Of a DNA stretch of 64,000 nt, positions 57,813-64,000 are shown piece after piece. The notes beneath the pieces are model-generated. The model worked only from the letters and a program-made list of their open reading frames with translations, had not been told where the DNA came from and searched no databases. The position numbers were made by a program, and so were the translations under genes. The first letter of the stretch is position 1; every line of letters starts with the position of its first letter. Source of the stretch: an uncultured Bdellovibrionales bacterium (GTDB lineage: Bacteria; Patescibacteriota; Minisyncoccia; Moranbacterales; UBA11712); the NCBI GenBank assembly GCA_964519445.1, contig CAZFIH010000001.1, forward strand, positions 2,144 to 66,143, read 5' to 3'.

Positions 57813-58571
57813 TTATATCTTATCAATCCACTTCAATAATATTTCCTTTATCTCATCCAAATGTTCCTTTTCTCTAAAGGTGTGCTCGGCGCCTTTTATT
57901 ATATGCAATTCCTTTTTTCCCGGCAGAGCGTCAAATAATATTTTCTGGTGATCGGGTAGAGTCCGTGTGTCTTTATCGCCGACAATCATCAGTACCGGCA
58001 TTGTGAGTTTATCGACATTTTCTAAAAGATCGTACTTCAGCCGATCCTCCATATGTGACCACGGTAGTTTTTTTACAATTCCTGGTTTTGATCTGCTCTC
58101 GGAAATTCGCCAACCGTCCTTCTTCCATTTTTTCGTATCTTCCGTATCGGCTGATAATTTTCCTGAAACAACCGTTGAAATCGGCGCAAGCGCTTTTACT
58201 TTTTCCGGATATTTTTCTGCATAGAGCGCCGTGCAAATTCCTCCCAAGCTGTGCCCTGCCAGCACGAACGGTTCCTGATACAACTTCTCGGTTTTCGCCC
58301 ACTCAATAACGTCTTCGAGATCTTCATAATAATTCGTGACTGTGGCTTTTTCAATATCACCCTCGCTTTCACTGAAGGAGTTCGTCGCATCAAAGCGGAT
58401 CACAGAGAAGCCTTTTTTTCTGAATGCATTCGCGAACGTTTCAATGTGCGGCTGTTCCTTGAATCCGCCTAACCCGTGCATAACGAAAGCCAATCCTTTT
58501 TGCTCGGGTATTTCCTCAATTAGCACCGCCATCTTCTGTTCCTTGCGGTTTTTGATAAATAATTTTTCCAT
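57813..58571 (-). CDS. alpha/beta hydrolase (esterase/lipase-like)
   Basis: LAGHSLGG nucleophile elbow plus Asp/His in the C-terminal part. Confidence 0.75.
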   Translation of the reverse strand: MEKLFIKNRKEQKMAVLIEEIPEQKGLAFVMHGLGGFKEQPHIETFANAFRKKGFSVIRFDATNSFSESEGDIEKATVTNYYEDLEDVIEWAKTEKLYQEPFVLAGHSLGGICTALYAEKYPEKVKALAPISTVVSGKLSADTEDTKKWKKDGWRISESRSKPGIVKKLPWSHMEDRLKYDLLENVDKLTMPVLMIVGDKDTRTLPDHQKILFDALPGKKELHIIKGAEHTFREKEHLDEIKEILLKWIDKI

Positions 58572-58615
58572 TTTGTCTTCTGTTATAATTACACCTACTT
58601 TTCCCTTCTCTCAAT

Positions 58616-58652
58616 TACGACATTCTCACATTCTGCAGAATATTAGAATGTT
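58616..58652. repeat. ACATTCTCACATTCTGCAGAATATTAGAATGT palindrome (family-1 H module) between arsR and the hydrolase gene
   Basis: Inner 7-2-7 palindrome ACATTCT GC AGAATAT with outer ACATTCT/AGAATGT arms. Confidence 0.65.
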
Positions 58653-58930
58653 TTTATGAATTTCAAAAATCTTGATCCGTAAGGCGAGAGGCTGTGCTCT
58701 ACCTGGCGGCCGCGGTATTTCTTGTTGACCAAGCCGGCCTGCACCAGTTTTCTGGTATGTTCCGAAATGGTTTTGATATTGCAATCCAATGCCGCCGCAA
58801 TCCCGTCAACGGTAATCCCTGTGTTTTTTGAAACAAGGCCCAATATTTCAATTCTCCGGTGATTGGCCACGCCCTTGAAATGCCTTTCTAGTTGCTTTGG
58901 AGTTTTGCTTCTTGCTTTAACTATTTGCAT
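58643..58930 (-). CDS. ArsR/SmtB-family HTH transcriptional regulator
   Basis: Winged-helix region HRRIEILGLV...DCNIKTISEHTRKLVQAGLV, 95 aa. Confidence 0.7.
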   Translation of the reverse strand: MQIVKARSKTPKQLERHFKGVANHRRIEILGLVSKNTGITVDGIAAALDCNIKTISEHTRKLVQAGLVNKKYRGRQVEHSLSPYGSRFLKFIKTF

Positions 58931-58975
58931 TTATTAGCAGTGCTACAATAGTATCAAATACGGAAGAATATTCCA

Positions 58976-58996
58976 ACATTCTGCAGAATATAGGAA
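58976..58996. repeat. ACATTCTGCAGAATAT palindrome upstream of arsR
   Basis: The same 16-mer as at 58623-58638, about 46 nt upstream of the arsR ATG. Confidence 0.65.
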
Positions 58997-59230
58997 TATA
59001 TTCTATTTGCTTCGCCAATCTCTAATTTGTATTCCTCCTCTTATTCTTGCGACTTTCACTTTCTGTCTTTCTCGCCAGCCGAGCTCGCGGAGCATTTCAA
59101 TTGGAAGGGTGATGCCCAGAGAACTCGCGCCGATTCGGGATATTTTTCGGATGTTTCGATTTTGAATTTTCCGCCTCGCCATAAAATAGGTATTTAAATA
59201 TGTATTTTAATAAGTATTTCTATTTTTATC

Positions 59231-60231
59231 CTATCCCACCAAGAGATTCGTGACAATCTTTATCATCTTATCCTTTTCTTTTGGGTCGCTGATGGCGATG
59301 AGAAGCGCCAGGGCTGTGAGAGCGTTGTCGTTGATTTTCCGCTCCCCGCTTTTTTTTAGGAGATAAAATTATTCCGGTCTAAAAAATAAACAAACAAAAA
59401 CGAACCGATTCGCTTGTTGCCGTCAACGAACGGATGGTCCTTGATCACCAAATACAAAAGATGGGCCGCTTTTTCTTCGAGGGAAGAATAAAGCTCCTTT
59501 TTTCCAAACGTTTGGCAGAGATTTCCTACGATGGCTTCAAGTTTATTTCCAGATTCTTGTCCGAACAAATCACTCGCTTCCTTTTTGGCGGTGAGCTTTT
59601 TCTTTATTTCGGCGATAACTGATTTGGCGTCTTTGTATTTCAGAATAAATTTCCCCTTGGCCTTTTTTGAGAGATGTAATTTTTCCTTATCATACTTTTC
59701 AAGAAGACTAAGTGTCTTTGAATAATTCTCAAGCAGATTCAATATTTCTTTCTCCTGCCCTTTGAGGAGCTTATGACTTGATTTTTCTCGGAGAAATAAG
59801 ATTGTTTCCCGCAAGTCTTCGAATTTATTCTTTTCCTGCAACAGTCGCTTTTCGTTAATCGTGTAGCCTTTGATCAAATGCTGTTTCAGTGTTTTCGTCG
59901 CCCAAATGCGGAATTGGGTAGCTCTTTTGGAGTTCACCCTATAGCCAACAGAAATAATCATATCTAAGTTATACATGTTCATCTTTCTTATTTTCCCATC
60001 AGCTGCAACCTGTTCCAAAATGGAACAGGTTGATTTTCTATCTAATTCGCCTGTTTTATAAATATTATTTATATGCTTAACAATAGCGGGACGATTCACA
60101 CTAAAAACTTTTGCGATGGAATGAGCGTCTAACCAAACAGAACCCTTTTCAAGTTTTACTTGAATTTCTGGTCCGCTTGGGGAGCGATAAATCACAATCT
60201 CTCCTTTTTTTATTTCCTTCTTTCGTGCCAT
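59231..60231 (-). pseudogene. RhuM-like N-terminal domain plus Fic/Doc-family domain, interrupted by a stop and -1 frame change at an A8 tract
   Basis: Frame A reads HPFVDGNKRIGSFLFVYFLDRNNFIS then TAA at 59356-59358. The -1 frame continues ...KKSGERKINDNALTALALLIAISDPKEKDKMIKIVTNLLVG, which resembles the Doc C-terminal helices. Confidence 0.55.
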
Positions 60232-60260
60232 ATATTTCCTTTATCCTACTCCAAAATCAC

Positions 60261-60758
60261 CTATTTTTCAAGAAAAAAGGCCGGTTTTGAAACATGAGGA
60301 TCGCCTTCGCTTTGAAATATGTGGATAATATCGCATTGCTTCCAGACATTTTTCAGGTCGCCCGACAACTGGAAATTTTCGCAGCCATATGTATTGTTGT
60401 GAGGCGTCGCGACGAGGAAAAGGGCGCCTATTTTCTTGGTAAATTTGTTTTCGGAAAGATATTTGGCAAGAAAAATTCCGCCCAGTGAATGGCCGATAAG
60501 AATTACGTTATTTCGAAAGAAGGGCCGCATTCTTTCGAACCAAATTTTCCATTCTTTATATTTCGCGTTCTGCTTGTTCGGCATTTGAGGCATAAGCACT
60601 TCATAATTGTTTCCTAAAGCAGCAGCTAACGTGCTTTTCCAGTCTTTTTTACGAAAAAAATATGCTGAATCTACTTTTCTGTTTTTCAGAAAATGCAAAA
60701 AGTCATCGTATTTATTGAACGACCATCCGCCATGTATGACAACTACTTGCTTTTTCAT
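60261..60758 (-). CDS. alpha/beta hydrolase, RBBP9/YdeN-like serine hydrolase
   Basis: VVVIHGGWS and ILIGHSLGG motifs. Confidence 0.6.
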   Translation of the reverse strand: MKKQVVVIHGGWSFNKYDDFLHFLKNRKVDSAYFFRKKDWKSTLAAALGNNYEVLMPQMPNKQNAKYKEWKIWFERMRPFFRNNVILIGHSLGGIFLAKYLSENKFTKKIGALFLVATPHNNTYGCENFQLSGDLKNVWKQCDIIHIFQSEGDPHVSKPAFFLEK

Positions 60759-60769
60759 TGGTAAATTCT

Positions 60770-61783
60770 TTATTTCAATAAATCATCCAATAATCTCAAA
60801 AGCAGATTGAGTCTCGCTTTCTTTTCTTTTTTTGGTTTTCGCGAAGCGGTGACGTCGGCTAGAATGGCGCCTAGGCATCTTTCCGTAAGACTGGCTTTGA
60901 GCAAGCTTTCCGGATTATTCATTTTGAGCTGTCTCATTATTGGAAGCACGTCCTTTGTCCATGAGCCAATTCCCCTTTTCCATTTTCGATAGTCCGTTTT
61001 CCAGTTGGCTCCGAGCATCCAATCCGACCAGATCATGAAACCGATTTCATAACCTTCGGGATAGAAGCAGGTATGAGCGAAATCGGTAAGGTAATAGACA
61101 TTCTTTTTCGGTGAAAAATATATTTCTTTGGCCTTGAAATGCCCGTGAGACCAGAGCATTTTTCGGGGTCGGAAAACTTTGCAAATGAGTTCTTGAGCTT
61201 GGAAATACAAAGGGAAAAATTTCTTGAGGTTGAGAGCTGGTTTTTCACCCCTGAGTTGCATCTCGATTTCCCTTTCGTTTGCCATTTCGAACCAGCGGTG
61301 AATCCTGGTAATGTGGAATTCATCGGCTGGCAGTTTCTCGGCAATGAGAAGAGGGCGGAAAGATTTTTTGGGAAAGTGTTTTTTGTACTCGAGATAAACC
61401 TCCAAAAATTCTTTTCTGCGGATTTTTTTCATAGGATTCGGGTAATCCGATTCGGACAAGAAATGTCCGTCTTTGGGAAGTTTTTCCATGATATACCAGC
61501 CGCGGGATGGTGAGATTTCTTTGTACTTGTATACTGCGGGACCAATAAGTTTTTTGCTTTTGTTGACCCGGTTGTAGTAAACCAGCGAGGAAGCCTCTTT
61601 GATTCTTCTCGGCTCGTCGTATATTTTGAGAACCACCGGTTTATTTCTGTAAACCCCGGAGTAAATTATATTTCTCAAATTGTCTGGTTGCCCCAGGTCC
61701 GAATGATATATTTTTCTCGGCGATTTTAGCCCCGTTTCTCCGATTACCTTCGCTGCCCATTTTTGCAGTAGAGTCTTTTCCAT
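60770..61783 (-). CDS. phosphotransferase (APH/choline-kinase-like protein kinase fold)
   Basis: HGHFKAKEIYF ... YLTDFAHT resembles the APH HGDxxxxN...IDxE motif (APH-type Brenner motif and DFG-like). Confidence 0.5.
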   Translation of the reverse strand: MEKTLLQKWAAKVIGETGLKSPRKIYHSDLGQPDNLRNIIYSGVYRNKPVVLKIYDEPRRIKEASSLVYYNRVNKSKKLIGPAVYKYKEISPSRGWYIMEKLPKDGHFLSESDYPNPMKKIRRKEFLEVYLEYKKHFPKKSFRPLLIAEKLPADEFHITRIHRWFEMANEREIEMQLRGEKPALNLKKFFPLYFQAQELICKVFRPRKMLWSHGHFKAKEIYFSPKKNVYYLTDFAHTCFYPEGYEIGFMIWSDWMLGANWKTDYRKWKRGIGSWTKDVLPIMRQLKMNNPESLLKASLTERCLGAILADVTASRKPKKEKKARLNLLLRLLDDLLK

Positions 61784-61820
61784 ATGTGAGTATACTAGCC
61801 CGAAATTCTTCTTTTTTCAA

Positions 61821-61852
61821 ATAAAAAAAGACCCCGGGTAGCACCTGGGGCC
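61821..61852 (-). terminator. intrinsic terminator (GACCCCGGG TAGCA CCTGGGGCC plus U7)
   Basis: GC stem. The minus strand follows with TTTTTTTATTTG. Confidence 0.6.
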
Positions 61853-61875
61853 TAAACAGGATAGATAAATGAATT

Positions 61876-62451
61876 TTATGCATAGGCTTGCTTTGCCGAA
61901 CCTCTGGCGAGCATTGCGGTGAGAAGTTTTTCCTCGCCTGCCTTAAATCGAGTGAGGGCAATCGTCGGCGGCTCCTGGAATGGAATTATTTTTCCCTCTT
62001 TCGCGGCGATCGCGAGCGCGGTCGCCCGATGATGACCCTCAATGAGAACAATTGATCCATCCGGCATGAGAACTCCAATAAATTCTGTGGGATCGGGGAA
62101 ATTTTCAAGGAGCCCCTCGACTTTTTCATTGTCTTTGAAAGATACGCGCTCGATAAGCGTTGAAAAAGCATGCCTCAGGCGCTCATGAGCCGGAAAATGA
62201 TTTTGCCAAGACCGGGTAGGGCCCACGCGAAATTGAGGAATTGCCTCAAGCGGATTGAGTATGATATAGCGACGCCATTCCCTATCCCGCGCTCCAATAT
62301 TTTCTGCCCACTCGGATCTCCATTCTGGCCATGAATTCCAGCCTTTATTCATGGCAACCTGTTGCCATTCTTTCATCGTGCCTTCCCGCTCTTGCCAAGC
62401 GCGAAAGACATCCTCCCAATTTGTTTCTTCCGTGAATTGTAATCCTTCCAT
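61876..62451 (-). CDS. ParB/sulfiredoxin-fold domain protein (hypothetical), higher GC
   Basis: LIEGHHRATALAIA resembles the ParB/Srx DGHHR box. Confidence 0.4.
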   Translation of the reverse strand: MEGLQFTEETNWEDVFRAWQEREGTMKEWQQVAMNKGWNSWPEWRSEWAENIGARDREWRRYIILNPLEAIPQFRVGPTRSWQNHFPAHERLRHAFSTLIERVSFKDNEKVEGLLENFPDPTEFIGVLMPDGSIVLIEGHHRATALAIAAKEGKIIPFQEPPTIALTRFKAGEEKLLTAMLARGSAKQAYA

Positions 62452-62534
62452 TTTTTATATCCCCCCAATGAGTGATTCTTTGACATTTTTTTCAAGTGAA
62501 TTTATCCTTCCAGATTTCATCCACTTCAAAAATA

Positions 62535-62942
62535 TTAGTTCCAATTCAAATAGGTTATCGTGAATTGAAGGCCGGTAGCGAAAATGACCCACAGGAGGTA
62601 TGGGATATTCGCAAGCGCGATCCAGCGGGCGTGCGGCCAAATCGCAACCATTGCCCAAATGAGGGTGCCGAGGACGAGGAGTATGTCAATCGCTGCCAAA
62701 AGATTGCTTTGAAGCCGGAATTGAATCGGAGAGAAGGCGAAATTAAAAATGAGATTCAGGATGAACGGAAGAAGAACCAGAAAGGACACGCGGCCTTTCC
62801 AAAATAAATACACCGCGTATCCGAACGAAACGGCAATGATTATGTACAAAGCGGTCCAAACCGGACCGAAAATCCACGCCGGTGGCGCCCAGGAGGGTTT
62901 TATAAGTTCTTGATACCAATTGAAAGTGTCCATATTGTTCAT
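62535..62942 (-). CDS. TspO/MBR family protein (second copy)
   Basis: WYQELIKPSWAPPAWIFGPVWTALY motif. Roughly 60% identical to 54408..54803. Confidence 0.8.
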   Translation of the reverse strand: MNNMDTFNWYQELIKPSWAPPAWIFGPVWTALYIIIAVSFGYAVYLFWKGRVSFLVLLPFILNLIFNFAFSPIQFRLQSNLLAAIDILLVLGTLIWAMVAIWPHARWIALANIPYLLWVIFATGLQFTITYLNWN

Positions 62943-62948
62943 TTCAAA

Positions 62949-63992
62949 TCACTGAATATATTCTATCGATTCGGCCATATGCCTGAAAATTGCCAGGGCT
63001 TCGAAAATTTCCGGATCCAGAGAAACGGAATTTTTTGGTTTCTGGAAATCAATTTTCGAAATATTTTCCAGTTTCAATTCTTCGCTTTGAGTGCCTGTTT
63101 TGATCATGAGCTGGTCGATAACCATCTCGAGGCACGTTTCGGGATACGGTTTTCCCGGCAAATAGTACCCGAGTGCGCTGAAAATCGGCTCCCCGTGGTT
63201 CACGAAGCGAAAATCGATTGCTCCAATGTCGCTGATCCTTTCGCATCCTTCTTCGCAGAATTGATCAAGGCTGTCGTATTCATAAGCGCAACTTCCCACG
63301 ATATTATTCGGATGGTCCGGTATAAATCCATGCTCTATGCCCAAGACTCTGACGTTGAGCGGGTCGGGCATCATTTCATCGTCCGAATCCGATTCTCCGG
63401 GTTTTGCAATTTTGACATACAATTCTTCCTTTCCAATCTCGGGTTCTGTCAAAATCCAGTTCTCCGGATAGTCGAATTGGATGCCATAAGTCGGATTGTA
63501 ATAATGCTTCCATTTGAGACCCGCCAGAATTTCCTCTTGCTGCCGCGTATTTAGTTCGGTATTGGTACCTGCGTCGGGCGGCTGGTCTTGTGAGTTTTGC
63601 TCGTCATTGCCAGATTCGGAAATAATTTTAGCGAGTTGCTTATTAATCCTTTCTTGGCGTTTCTGGCTCTCGGCTTGTGTGATTTTTTTGGTGATCTCTT
63701 CATTAACGCGCATTAACCGCATAGTGTCTCGATACGATAAGAAAATCGCAGTCCCTAAAATAACCGCTAAAGCGATAACAAGTGAAATTCGCAGTCGATC
63801 GAACGCTCTTTCTCTGGAATCCGTAGTTTCGAAATATTCGGCGCGGTTCAGGGTCGCAAGCCTTAGCCGATATGCGATAAAACCCACAAAAAGACCAATC
63901 AGTCCCCAGAAAAGTGGGGACGCGATCACGTATAGAAGCGTCTGTTCCCCCTCAAGTTGAAGAATCGGCTGGACGATTGCAATGAAAGGCAA
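62949..63992 (-). CDS. membrane-anchored hypothetical protein (start may lie beyond the window)
   Basis: ORF with a TM near the N-terminus and an acidic C-terminal domain. Confidence 0.35.
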   Translation of the reverse strand: MPFIAIVQPILQLEGEQTLLYVIASPLFWGLIGLFVGFIAYRLRLATLNRAEYFETTDSRERAFDRLRISLVIALAVILGTAIFLSYRDTMRLMRVNEEITKKITQAESQKRQERINKQLAKIISESGNDEQNSQDQPPDAGTNTELNTRQQEEILAGLKWKHYYNPTYGIQFDYPENWILTEPEIGKEELYVKIAKPGESDSDDEMMPDPLNVRVLGIEHGFIPDHPNNIVGSCAYEYDSLDQFCEEGCERISDIGAIDFRFVNHGEPIFSALGYYLPGKPYPETCLEMVIDQLMIKTGTQSEELKLENISKIDFQKPKNSVSLDPEIFEALAIFRHMAESIEYIQ

Positions 63993-64000
63993 AAGAGGAA

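Overview
The window reads as a low-GC, gene-dense bacterial chromosome segment, almost entirely transcribed from the minus strand. Its gene content is typical of Patescibacteria/CPR-type genomes (inference): ftsEX, a prfB with its programmed +1 frameshift, lepA, murJ, a DUF4012/GT4/sugar-transferase polysaccharide locus, an ADP-forming acetyl-CoA synthetase, recJ, rnhA, msrB, iPGM, a PfkB kinase, a DUF5667 protein and many small secreted or membrane proteins. RNA genes I can support are tRNA-Gln(CUG), tRNA-Gly(CCC), tRNA-Thr(CGU) and an unusually long RNase P RNA of about 690 nt. The most striking features are non-coding. Several families of palindromic/mosaic repeats are scattered through intergenic regions. 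One family has (N)TACGAA(N) arms with 8-nt periodicity. A second is a mosaic built from a CCCCGCCGCGGGCGGG hairpin followed by ATTATTTT, plus ACATTCT/AGAATGT palindromes. A third is an AT-rich TTTGGAATTTG-type repeat. The first and third families appear to have been captured inside the RNase P RNA itself (in P3 and in a hairpin just after P4), and a related hairpin sequence occurs in-frame inside lepA. The right end (56.3–63 kb) is a co-directional array of accessory-type genes (methyltransferase, hydrolases, ArsR, a disrupted Fic/Doc, an APH-like kinase, a ParB/Srx-like protein, a second TspO) interleaved with these repeats. I found no CRISPR array, transposase, integrase or reverse transcriptase.
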